This document shows, piece by piece, positions 12,878-25,082 of a stretch of 64,000 bases of DNA. A program made the position numbers and the translations under genes. Position 1 is the stretch's first letter. Each line of letters begins with the position of its first letter. The stretch comes from Bugula neritina (lineage: Eukaryota; Animalia; Bryozoa): the NCBI GenBank assembly GCA_964035545.1, contig OZ037765.1, forward strand, positions 27,775,504 to 27,839,503, given 5' to 3'. The notes beneath the pieces are model-generated. The model was not told the origin of the DNA. It worked only from the letters and a program-made list of their open reading frames with translations, and did no database searches.

Positions 12878-15280
12878 AAGAAAGTGTGCATCACTGAATA
12901 ATTGGTGCTTACTAGGTCTTGCGCACTGTGATTTTATACAACAATGGTATTTGATTTATAAATAATATTTTTTTAAATTTAGGGCTTAGTCTGCTAAACT
13001 GCAAGCAAAGTTTGCCAAATCTAATGCTTGAAGTTCATTAATTTTTCAATTGACTATCAGAATGAGTATCACTGTGAGTATGACTATCACTATGACTATC
13101 AGTATCACTAGAGTGTATGACTGTCAGTGTCAGTATCATACTAATAGTAATATTTGTACTTGTGACACTGTGTATTTTGTCAAATAGACAATTTAGTCTT
13201 TATTATAATTGATTTATATATCAAATTTAAGTTTATGATCATGAGGAGAATTATAACTAAAATGATCATTATGATTTATATCAATTTTATGAAAAGATTT
13301 TATGTAAGGTTGCTACTTATACTTACAGTTAAATATTACATACCAGCACTTCAACTTACTGTTAATGTGACTTTTATACGTAAATGCTTATGTTGCTTGC
13401 AGTCTTAATTCAAAGAACCTTTACATCACTGAAAACCTATAGAGTACAGTCAATATCAATATATAGTGTTAGGCAGAGGAGTCTCCTGTGTAGTGTGAAG
13501 TGAGCGCATAGTAAGCTCACTATTCAGTTTTTTCTTTTTAGAGTCCATATAAAACTTCTACAGTTATCAAAAGGATGTAGTTTTGATCAGCTTCAGTTTA
13601 AAAAAGAGAACAGCTATTGAAGTGTCAGTACAAGCCATTTTACTGGTAAGAACTCTAAACTGTCACAAAAATCAAATTTGAAAAATAGTTTTGAATTTTA
13701 GTGTCTGTTGGGTTTTTCAAGAAATGTGTAGACTTTAAAAAACTCCCTATGTAATAATATTGGCTTTACAGAACTTTTTAGGGAAATATGCTTTTGATAT
13801 ACATGAATTTGAAGTTTAAAACTAGCTCATGTAAATGTCAGTAGTAAGCAGTACTTTACAAGCATGATTTTAAAACCTAGCTCTAGCAGAGATTGGCACC
13901 ACATGCACTAGAGAAATGCATATGTTGAGGAAATTATTGAACACATTAAATGAAACTAATGCAATCAGCTTTATCTGAGAGCATCTGCTAAGCTGATTAC
14001 TGCAGTATTGTAGTTAGTAGGTGCAGGTCTTTTTTTGTTTAAAATTTGGTGATATTATATATTGAGTTGTTTATTAATAGACCTAGCATTGGGGTTTTAT
14101 TATAAGCTGCCTAAGACATAGTTGTTCAGTAGAAATACATTTCAAGTTAATTTATTGCTTGTGATTTGCAGCAAAGCATAAGTGACATTTACAATATTCT
14201 TGTTTGGTATACTTCACCCTTCAGTTGATTAAAAAAACTCGGGCCACAAGGAGCTGATTTCCACACCGGTTGCTGACTAGAACTTTGCAAAAATGAAACA
14301 ACAGTAGATCCCATTACCAAATACAATTGGTTACCCAAGTTTTGGTCGGTTGATAATGCATTGCGTGTGAGAGGTAGCTATTGCAGCGAATTTTCAACAC
14401 ATACGGTTTCGGATCATATGTGGTCCTAGTCAAAGCAGACAACTAGTGTCAAAATATATGCAACAAAATGTAATGCTTTTCCTCTTTTTGGTAGCTAAAG
14501 TTTTGTGTTGCAAATATTTTCTATGGTATTCTTTAAAACTTATAAATATTTTAAGCTTTTCTCTGTCATAAAATAATTTTGTTGTATGCAATGCAGTTGT
14601 ATTTCATGGTATATATGTAGCTTTCCACAATATGGAACAGAGATTGCTAAGCAGGTATAAGTCTGATCTTCTAGTTAGTAGTATATTACCCTTCTGCCAT
14701 TTACATTAAATATGATTAAGTTAACTTATTCCCACAAGCATTTAGTTCTGTTTACTGTATACATCAAATGGTATCTTTGGAATAGTTAATTTTTAATCAA
14801 AACCTTTTTAACATAGTTAATAACTTCTGACATGTTTAAATCAATTTCGATATTTTTACCCTCATGTATGAAATTCTGTTAGAATAGTTTATCCCCTCTG
14901 TTTCCTTTACTAATTTTAGTAGAGAATTATGACTCATAAATTTTTCCCAGTTATTTCACTTTTGTTTGAAAATGGAATTCCCACCTGCTGAATCATTTAC
15001 ATGAACTATTATTGCAAGCTCCTCCCTAGCCTATTTTCTATAGAAGCAACCCATTATTTGTTTTCTTCCTCAAACACTTTAAGAAAGTAGATATATTTAT
15101 TTAAGCAATTGCAATAAAAATGTTCATAATTTTTTCTCATCTTCAAGTAAAATGCATCTGACTTTTATGTATTTTAGATAAAATATTTTATTCTGTAGAA
15201 ATAAAGTTCATATGTTGTTGACTGTATGTCATCTATAATACAGGAGAACAGGTGACCGCCATGGTGAGCGTTACCTAAGT

Positions 15281-18200
15281 ATGGCTAGCATTAAAACCTA
15301 CGCCAGAGTGAAACCTGCGGATGACCTCTACGATGACTATGAGACTACACGGAATAGATTGTACCTCAGAATACCTGACAGCTATGGGCGGGACTCAACT
15401 CTGTACAACAGGACCAGAGCTCCAATAGTAAACCATGAGTTCAAATATTCTCAGGTGTTTGGCACCTCTGCTACACAGGAGGAAGTGTTTAACATCTCTA
15501 CTAAAAACATCATTGATGGTAAATAAATATGTTACAATTTATCAACAGGAGCACATTACTGCTTGAGTAGCTTTTTTATTAGCAATTCTAAAACATGTAT
15601 GGAAAACTGCATTACTATTTTTTCAAGTTGCTGTACCATATTTCAGGATTTTTGGAAGGCTATAATGGAACTATATTCGCATATGGACAAACATCTTCAG
15701 GCAAAACATATACAATGCAAGGAGATTTAAATGATTCTAAAAACAAAGGTCTAACACCAAGGTAACAAAATAGTTTGAAGTTTAAGAATGGGATATGTAC
15801 ACTACATTAAAATAATGAATACAAACTTTGTAAGCTTTTAAACACTTCAACCATATTTTGTATGAATTTTAGCTCTCATGTCCGCCAGTTATCAAAATAC
15901 AGTGAATATGCGATAATTTTCATATATATTACTATTGACTAATTATAAAGCAAATTATTCTAATAATAAACCAATTGAGGTAATTACTAATACTGCTTGA
16001 TAGCTTTATTTAAACAGAACAAAGGTGTTCAGTTTCTCTTTGGTTGAAACAAATATGCAGTTAGTTTTGGCAAATTTTCTTTCACCACGGCCTACTGCAA
16101 AAAATGTCATGCAATATAATAAATTTTGTTAGTTTTTTTATAAGGAATTATTAATCTGAACATGGATCATTAGTGATTAATATAATTCTGTCTTCAATTA
16201 GCTTATCTTGGCTTTATTTCAATTTTATTTTTCTTTCTAGTATATCCTTTATTAGTTTCATAATGGTACTAGTTAGTAACAAATAGGCTTTTCATTTTTT
16301 AAAATGTTTACAGGTGATCATGTATTTGTGTTGAATATCTTTCAGGAGTTTGACTCGAATATTCAATGCTATCAATCTGAGAAAGAAAGCAGGAGAGAAT
16401 ATTACTATGCATTGCTCATTTTTGGAAATTTATCAAGAAGTTGGTTATGATTTATTGAAGGCTGTCAATAAAGCTGGCCCTAGTCCAGCTTCATTTGCAA
16501 AGGTAATTCTCTTTAAAATAATCTGCTGTGTGTAAATTACATCCAGGTTTTAGCAATGTGACGTGTGAGGGAGCAGCCGTGGTCTAGGGGTTAGACCGTT
16601 TGCCTAGTAAGCATGAAGTCATGCGTTCGAGCCCAGGCAAAGGTTGTTGGTGATGTTAGAAAGAGCATCCAGTCATAATTGCTCTTGTGACCCCATCTAA
16701 ATAAGTCCTTAGCCTCAGGGTTTCTCGCAGAGATGGTGACTATAAACTTGCATGAGTTTTTAGCAGTGTGACGTGTATTTCACCACCAAGTTTTACCTTA
16801 CGCTATCTTTATATCTGGTATCATTTTCTTTGGCACCAATATAGTAAATTTTGAAAATTTGATTAATCAAAAATATTTGTTTCAATGCCTAAAGGCTGCT
16901 ATTCAATGATGCCAAATTCACTTGCATTGTTTATAATTTTGAGCACATTTCATTTTATATTTTGAATGCTTGCACCATTTAAGGTAACTGTGGTAGATGG
17001 TCCTGAGGGTGCTGCTGTTGTAAAGAATTTATCTATTCATTCAATTTCTAGTGAAGAGGCAGCCCAGGCCTTATTAGCCCAAGGTAAAGAGCTAATATGA
17101 GTTTGGCATATTCTTTTAATAATAATAGTTGACTATAATATATTTGTTAATGCAGGCTTATTTGTTAATATATACAGTCAATGTATATTTGAGTAAGCCT
17201 GAGGTATCACATATGTTATCACATTTTCTGTTATCTGCATGGGTTTAGGGTTTTTTTCTTGAAGAAAACTACTCTATAATCATGTTAAGTAAGGAAAGAT
17301 AACTCTTTCCCTCCACAGTAAAGTCAAAATATTACACTTTTCTGCCGGTGTTCAGTTCATGTGCATCATTGTAATTTAATTACAATCTTTTTACTAACAA
17401 AGAGTTACCTTGATGTGAGTTCTAGTATCAAGCTTTTGCTTTTTATAGAAATACTCCCTAATTTTTAGGTGAATCAAATAGAAAAGTAGCTGAGACAGCA
17501 ATGAATAACAGGTCGTCTCGATCACATGCTGTTTTCACTGTGTATCTTTCTAGTCGAAAAGGAGATCTTCTTGTTAGGTAAATATATATACATATGATAT
17601 ATGTCATATATACATATATAACTCAATCTGTGTACAGCAGCTGTTTCGGGATTTGTCCCCTCATCATCACAGAACAGAGTACTATGGTCCACACCTGCAC
17701 AATGGAGCACTACCACTATCACTGCTATGTAATGAGATATATAATAATAGTTTTTTAAATGTTTATAATTAACTATTGTTGATGGGCAGTTTCATGGTTT
17801 ATTTATTTAACATAGTAGTTGCTGCATTAAATTGGGTTTTGCAGTTTGCTTTTCATGTAATAATTGACATTAACATATTATAATGGTTGTTTTAAGCATA
17901 TTTCATATATGTTGTGTTTTTATCAAATGTAAATTTACTTCATAACCATTGCTGAAAGTTATATAATATTTAATTTTAGATCAAAGATGCATTTTGTGGA
18001 TTTGGCTGGCTCAGAGAGGGTCTGTAAGACCGGTGTGAAGGGGTTGCAGCTGTCTGAGGCAAAATATATCAACTTGTCTCTGCATTACTTAGAGGGGGTC
18101 ATCATTGCTTTGCATCAACATGCAACTGCTTCAGGGAGACTTCAGACGGCTCCCAGTGGCGTCTCTAAAAGCTGGGCTAATTCTGTGAAAGCTAAGCGAC

Positions 18201-21200
18201 CATATAGTGCCGCTCCTTCCAGTGACCGACCTCGTCACATTCCATACAGAAACTCTCTCTTGACTATGCTCCTCAAAGATAGCTTAGGTAGACAATTAAT
18301 GTGCAAATTTTTTCTATTTTATAAAAAAAGCCTGAAAATTTATGCCGTAATATAAAGGATAGAGAAAAAAAATTCAAACATTCCTTTTTTTCATTCTTAT
18401 GTATTCTTGTTTTGAATTTTGTTATAAAAGTAAAATGATACTCAATTAAAGTATATATTATAATGACACTTGGACTATTGTCGTAAGAGTATTATTTAAT
18501 AGTTAGAGTTGCTCAGTAAAAGTGATGCATTTTATAACAGATGTAATACGCTTATTTAGACCTGCAGTAGTTATTTATAAAATATTTTACATTCTATACT
18601 CATATTTTATATGCCGTTGTAAATTTTCTGTTTTATATTATATTTTAAACATAATTGTAGGTGGCAATTGCCTAACATCGATGATTGCCACTATATCTTT
18701 GGAGATGGTCAACTTGAGTGAGAGTATTTCCACCTGTAGGTTTGCTCAAAGGGTGTCTTGCATTTCTAACACTGCCAGGTAACTTGTGTTTTATTATTCT
18801 GAGACTATATGCTATTACTTGTTGAATCAAAACATGGAAGCTGTGGTTGTAAGATAAGTTTGCAGCCTAGTTTTTGCCCCAAACCAAAATTAAAAAGCAA
18901 ACTAAAGAAATTAGGCTATACAAATTTCTTCACTACTGTACCTAAACGCAACTTCAATATAAATTTTGACTAGCTGTCAATATACGGTATGGCTTGACAT
19001 GTCTCTTTTAAATAACTAGTGTTTAATTTTTTGGCAATAACTGCAATATACTTTCTATTTTCTTACTTGAAACATATGAAGTAATTTATTATAAATGTAA
19101 AAGCTTACCTCGAGCTTTTTAGCCTGTTGTTGTTTAGCATCAACTAAGCGCTTGGTTTAGTTCAAAAACATTTAATGCGTGTTATTTGTGCACAGAAATT
19201 TAATCTTGATGTAATACTTGCCAGTTAAAATATTGTTAAAAGCACTGTAAAGAGGTAAATATGTTAAAATTTTCTTCCAATAGAAAAAATGAAGAGATTG
19301 ATGACAAGTCTATGATAAAACGTCTAAGAACAAGAGTGGCCGAACTGGAAGCTGAGAACAATGTTTTGAAACACGGAGGACAGGTTGATTTGTCGACTAC
19401 TGAGCTTCAGGAGAAATTGAGTCTCACGCAAGAAGATAAGGAGTTGTGTCAACATGTTGTTAAAGATTTTCTTAATGGCCGCCTTATTGATCCGATTGTT
19501 GCTGGTAAATCCATTCAAATATTTTTGCACTGTGTTTTAATTAAACAAGTTTTTATTGCATATCATCTTAATTTTTATGGCTTCTTACCTAATATATTGT
19601 ATTACTTAGGGGTAACCGATCCATTCAAGTTCCGGGAATGTATGAGTATATTTAAACGGCTGATAAAGGAACACAGCGATAAGTCACTGCGACTTACAGA
19701 GAAACTAAAGCAGCAGCCAGTATCGGTGCAAGAGGCGTTCTACACTGGAGGAAAGTATTACGAAGCACCTTTAGCTAAACCAGTTAAACGCCAGGAGATA
19801 ATCTTCAGAGATGATGCTAATGCTCTTGCCAGGTGAGAACAGGGAAACACTGCATGGAGCTCTAGTAAACATTTCATTTTAGTGTTCAGATTACCCAGTG
19901 GATCCTGTGGTGTAATGGTTAGCACACCAGCTTGCAAGCTAGAGGTCTCAGGTTCAAATCCCAGTGGAGACAAAAGGTTTTTATTCATTGTCTTTTGAAA
20001 GCTGTAGTTTGTTTATGGAATGTTATACGTTTCAGGCGAGCATATTACGGACAGTTGGAATCTAAGCAACAGAAGAGATCTACATCTTTAAGACCCACAA
20101 TTTTAAATCGAGGAGTTTCAGCTGAAAAACATCAAAAAGAATCACCCGCTGAGGCATGGCAACTGCAACTCTATAACAGTAAGTATCTGCATGACAGATG
20201 TGGGGGAATTCAGGAATATTTACTGATTACTTTATAGCCAGGTGAATTAATGATATGGAAAAATGGTGATCTTGATGCTGTTAAATCTTTTTTATTAATC
20301 ATAATGCAAATGTTATGCTATTTTTAAATAACTTCTCTTCTATATATGTGTTTTTTTGCAAATATATGTAGTTTTATAAATGAATTTAATTCAATTTCCA
20401 ACATATTGGCCACAGTCAAATTACATATATTTCAAGTTATAATATATTATAGACTTAATCAACTGATCTAGTGATATTAAATGGTAAACTTACTATCGCT
20501 GTAAAGTTATTTTCTTAAATCTTTGTGGACAGTACTTTGATGTGATTGAATGAAGTTATTCCAATGAAAAATTGCTTTCTGATATGAATTATCGTATTGG
20601 CTTGTTATGGGTTATATAAGGTGTTGTATTTATGTAATCAGAAATGTTAGCTAAAAAGGAGCAGGCCAAGAAAAAGCAGGTCCGGATAGAAGTTGGTGAG
20701 GGAATCCAATAGCTTTAGCATAATTCTTGAAGATTTGACAGTTTCAGTAACCTAGATTAACACGCTGACTTTGTTAGATATAATGCCCTTTCATGTGTGC
20801 TGTAACATATTTCTCTCATAAATTACCTTCCTTTAGATAATGCTTCATTGCATTCCAGTTTAATGAATTTTCATTTGTGGTTTTGTAATCTTTCCCTTGT
20901 GTGAACTGATTGATGATTTTTCTAATCAACTCCAATTTGCTGTTTTATGGCATTTTGTGCCAAGGAAGCTTTATTTAGTATATTATAATCTAAATATTAA
21001 TATTTTCATAGACAGGATTTCATTAAAGAAATGTCAACTTTAATTATTTCACTGTTTTACTATATAGCGTGAAGTACCCTGTTGTACTCATTAAACAGTT
21101 GATAGGTTGGTATGAATCTAATTTTTGGTAGTTGCTACAATGTAATGAGTGAATGTTGACTGTGCGGGTTTATTTGCTGGTATTGCAAATTGTACCAAAA

Positions 21201-24200
21201 TAAGTTATTTGATTTATTTTCATTTTTAGGGTTGGATCTGGCATATTTCTATAGTTATCTTTGTTAAATTCATATTAAATTTCACTATGTTGATTTAAAT
21301 AAGTGGGTAGAATTGTGATTATGCATCAGTTTTAAACCCATAAGCTAGTTTTTTATTTAATAATGCTTGAACGATTCTATTAGGACATAATTTATCACAG
21401 AAAACATTTCATTGACTTGCAGATCCAAGAACTGTTCCAGGTGCACCCAGTACCTCAGAATTTAAGAGACCAAAACCTCAGAGTGCAGCTCCTGCTCTGC
21501 GCCGAACTTCCACACCTTTCGAGAAGAAAAAGATTCATGAAGTAAAATTGCTTAATAAACAAGTAGAAGAGAACTATGTCCAGCAAGTACAACAAACCAA
21601 TCATCTAAGGGCTTTTAAAAAGACTGTGATAGAAGAAGAACTGGAGTTATCAATGCAGTCTTTAAAGTTAGTTTTATATGCTATATAGCGATTGAAATAA
21701 AAAAAAGTTTTATGTAAGATAATTACAAACTTACTGTCTTTATAAGATATGGTGACCAAATAGTTATCCATTAAATATTTCTGTGCTCTTTTTTATTAAA
21801 ATATTTTCATTTCAATTAGTTAAAAATTATTGAATTATCTGAAACTGTAAGGACTGGGTTATAATTTTTGAAATTTCATTTTCAATAGACGAAAGATTGA
21901 GGTAACTCAGCATCAGTTATTTGATCAACAAAAATATGTATTAAATGTGAAACAGCAGCGTGCTGATGAGGATTTGATCATTCAGGAGCAACTTGTTGAG
22001 CAGCAACTCCAAAAGCGTGTGGTAAGTTTGTTTCTATGTAATATATGATATATGATACAATATCTTTACACATTACTGTAATGTTTGTGTTGACACATCA
22101 CATCAACTTGCTATATTATGCATCTAGAACTTTCTTTTATTTAAAATGCTTTACTTTACACCTCAAGTTTTTGCCTAGCTACATTAGCTTGTTGTGTATC
22201 GAATGCTTTTTTCTTAGCCATCTTTTATTATTGCTGTAATAGCGTACACATTTATCTATTTTCTGCAAAGTTTTATATAGGCAAGGCAATGTTTCAATTA
22301 TGTTTAGATGTAATCAGAGGTAGTTTGAAGTGTTTATTCATTAATTGATTCATCTTGAAATAAGAGGTTTAAGAACACAATAGTGTTTATAGTATATCTC
22401 TTGCTATTTTTAGAACAAGCTCCTAGCAGACTTGAATGCTACTGCCAAAAAGCTACAAATGGTAAAAGCTGATGAAAGGGCAGAGTCTTCAGAAAGTTCT
22501 AATTCTCATTACCATTCTGTGCAGGATAAGTTTGCTAATGTGACAAAGAAAGATGGAACCATTGACAGAATCAAAGTAATGACAACTTTGGAGCAACAGC
22601 AGAAGCTGCAAAATCAGGTTTGCACAATTTTCAATTCCAACGCTATAAGGTATTTCATTATTTGCTTGCTACAAAAATAGCCTATTGTGTTAGGCACGCG
22701 AGTTTAAATTTTATGTTAGTATATTATTGGTGCAATTAACGTATATGGAATTTTATAAAACAAAAGCTTAAAAAAATTGCTTGTCTAAAGTAACTATCAA
22801 TATTTTAGCTACAAAAGAAGATAGATCAACAACGAGCATTAGTGATTGATAAACATTTAGAAGTAAAAGAACAATCAACGAGACAAAAACTAGAAGAGTT
22901 TAAAAGAAAGTTGGCAGAATCTAGTAGTGTTGCTTGTAACAAGAACAGCATCAGTTCTAGTGACTCAACTCAAAGAGTGCCAGAGAGAAAAGAAATAAGC
23001 TCTAGTGAGTCACAAACGACATTTCAAAGTCGAATAAAAGCAGAAAAACAGACTCAAAAACAGTCTATAGGAAATATTTTAAGTAGGTATAGAACACCAA
23101 GCACTGATAATAGGCGCCGTGATGATGTTGAAGAACGGACAGCTCAGGTAGATCGTATATTGGCAAAGTACCGCAAGAGCCGTCCTGTTAAATCACCTGA
23201 AAGTGAGAGTAGAAAAGCATCAACAGAAGGGAAGCAAACCAACAAGAAAGAAGCAGCATCTTCTAATCTTAAAAGTAGATCTGAGGCACATATTGATAAT
23301 TCATCACATTCATCACCAGCATACCGCACAATTACTGTAGCAAACAGCTCAATGAAGTTCAAAACTGCAAACGTTAATAAGCAAACTCCACATGAATATC
23401 AGCGTCAAAGCTCAACAGCAAAGTCCAATCGTAGGCCCAGTCAAGCGGAAGCAAGTGAAAAGGTCATTCATAAAGATTTTGACGCTACACTAAAAGCTAT
23501 GCTATTAGTTCGACAAGGACACAACCAAAAACGCACAGAAGGGTGGAAAGAAACCAAATTTAGGAACCATGATTTAGAAAAGGTAATTTTATCATTTCAG
23601 TACCTAGTAAAACCGAAGCTGAAAATTAAAGTTCAAGTTTTGATAAGTAGGTTTTTCTACCTAATAAAATGTATTGGGATAATGATTGTTTTGGACTACA
23701 ATAATGACAGTTAACTATGCTTGAAAGATGTAATTATCATTCGTTTACTAAAACTAATGTTCTCCAGTAAACAATAACTTGTAAAATTTAACATTCAGGC
23801 TCACATATCACATTGCCTACTATTATAATAACATAACTTAATGTTTGGAGTTGAAACAAATAATGTTTTTCAGAACTCAAAAGCTGATCTCCTCAGATAT
23901 CTGTCAAAACAGCACAAAAGGAAACAGCAAGAAAGGAGTACTCAAGATGTGCAGTCGAACCTACGTAAGTATTCTGACAGGAAGCCTTCTGCAGACTCAA
24001 AAACAAAGCCCAAAACCTCAAGAGCTTTTACAAGTACCACTCGAGATTTCAGTCACCGTCCCAACTATTACCAACACAAATCAAACTCAAAACCCTCTGA
24101 AATGAATATTGAACCAAGAATGGAGCTTATAGATGATAAGCAAGAGTCGTCAACTACTTGTGGTGCAGTAACTCCAAACATTGAACAACCCACTCAGCAG

Positions 24201-24338
24201 GCTCCAAAGGTTTATGCCAACTTAATGAAAATGAATGAGCAGAATAAGCGCACCTCAAAGATTCGCCAAATTCAAAATGCCACATTGACTATTCAGAGAG
24301 CATGGCGAAGGTATCATAAACTAAATAAGAACAGATAG
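15281..24338 (+). CDS. Kinesin-9 family motor, KIF6-like; about 16 coding exons (15281-15518, 15647-15761, 16346-16502, 16984-17083, 17469-17577, 17980-18287, 18661-18778, 19284-19504, 19610-19832, 20036-20178, 20642-20695, 21423-21666, 21889-22021, 22414-22617, 22809-23582, 23874-24338)
   Basis: P-loop [14 protein letters not shown], switch [13 protein letters not shown], switch [25 protein letters not shown]6-type [11 protein letters not shown]...[12 protein letters not shown] and neck [13 protein letters not shown]. Coiled-coil tail; C-terminal IQRAWRRY. Exact orthology (KIF6 or a paralogue) unresolved. Confidence 0.9.
16569..16761 (+). mobile_element. tRNA-derived SINE, copy 1, in kinesin intron 3, with 19-bp target-site duplication
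   Basis: A-box TGGTCTAGGGG, anticodon-like loop CT-AGT-AA, B-box GTTCGAGCC. Body shared with 58214-58419. Flanks TTTTAGCAATGTGACGTGT (16548-16566) and TTTTAGCAGTGTGACGTGT (16758-16776). Confidence 0.85.
18878..18948 (+). repeat. Dispersed repeat fragment (copy A), similar to 48636-48708
   Basis: CCCAAACCAAAATTAAAAAGCAAACTAAAGAAATTAGGCTATACAAATTTCTTCACTACTG aligns by eye to CCCAAACCAAAGTTTAATAAGAAAGTTAAAGAACTGAGGCTATCTCAATTTCTCCACTACTG. Confidence 0.6.
19900..19972 (+). pseudogene. tRNA-like sequence (pseudo-tRNA or head of a second SINE family) in a kinesin intron
   Basis: A-box TGGTGTAATGGTTAGCAC with GTGT/GCAC D-stem and B-box GGTTCAAATCC, but acceptor and anticodon stems pair poorly. Confidence 0.6.
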
Positions 24339-25082
24339 AACAAAATTTAACTCCAATAATCACATCTATATCATATTTTTATTCAATCATGGCAGATACT
24401 TTATATTATAATATTGTAGCTGTTGAGAAGTTTAAATCTGCTTCAACTTTCAGCTAATATTCAATACACGTGTTTTGCATTACACTTGTTGCACCACTAG
24501 CTTTGTTAGTTGCACCTAACTTATTCTTTATTAACTTATTCTTTACCATAGAGTTGGTATTTCCTTTTATGTAGTTGATATTGCTAGAACGGCATTGTAT
24601 TTATATTGATTGCAAAATATTTGCAACTCAACTTTTGAATTTCACTTTGACAATTGTTAAGCATTTAAACTATATAAATAATGCAGGTTTTACCAAAATA
24701 AAACTGATTTGAATAAATCTATAAATAAATGTTTATATTTGTATACAGACAAATACAGCTTTGTAGGTGATAACCAAATTATAGAATACTGTTTTTTAAA
24801 AATGTTATATTGCAAATAAATCTCATACTTCGAATACACCTAGTTTTTATAAACCCACAAGTTAACTACATAATGAGAAACAAAGCTAAGCGAAAAAAAT
24901 CGGCATATGAAGCACTCGATTATTTAAAAATATTAATTTAATCTTTTTGTAAAAGCACCCGCATGTTACAATCTTAAATTTTGTACATAAGGGAAGGAAA
25001 CAAAGTTGTAATGATAAAGTGTATTCTCATTATTTCATAGACTATTAGTTTACTAAAGATAGCATTGTCATTAGCAACCTTT

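Noticed and set aside
16569-16640. Functional tRNA-Thr(AGT) gene
   Set aside because: No acceptor stem; it continues into a shared SINE body and is flanked by a TSD.
19900-19972. Functional tRNA-Cys/Ala gene
   Set aside because: Acceptor and anticodon stems do not pair properly; treated as pseudo-tRNA or SINE head.
24339-25082. Overlapping 3' UTRs of the kinesin and HAPSTR1
   Set aside because: Poly(A)-like hexamers occur by chance in this AT-rich gap, and non-overlapping signals exist for both genes.
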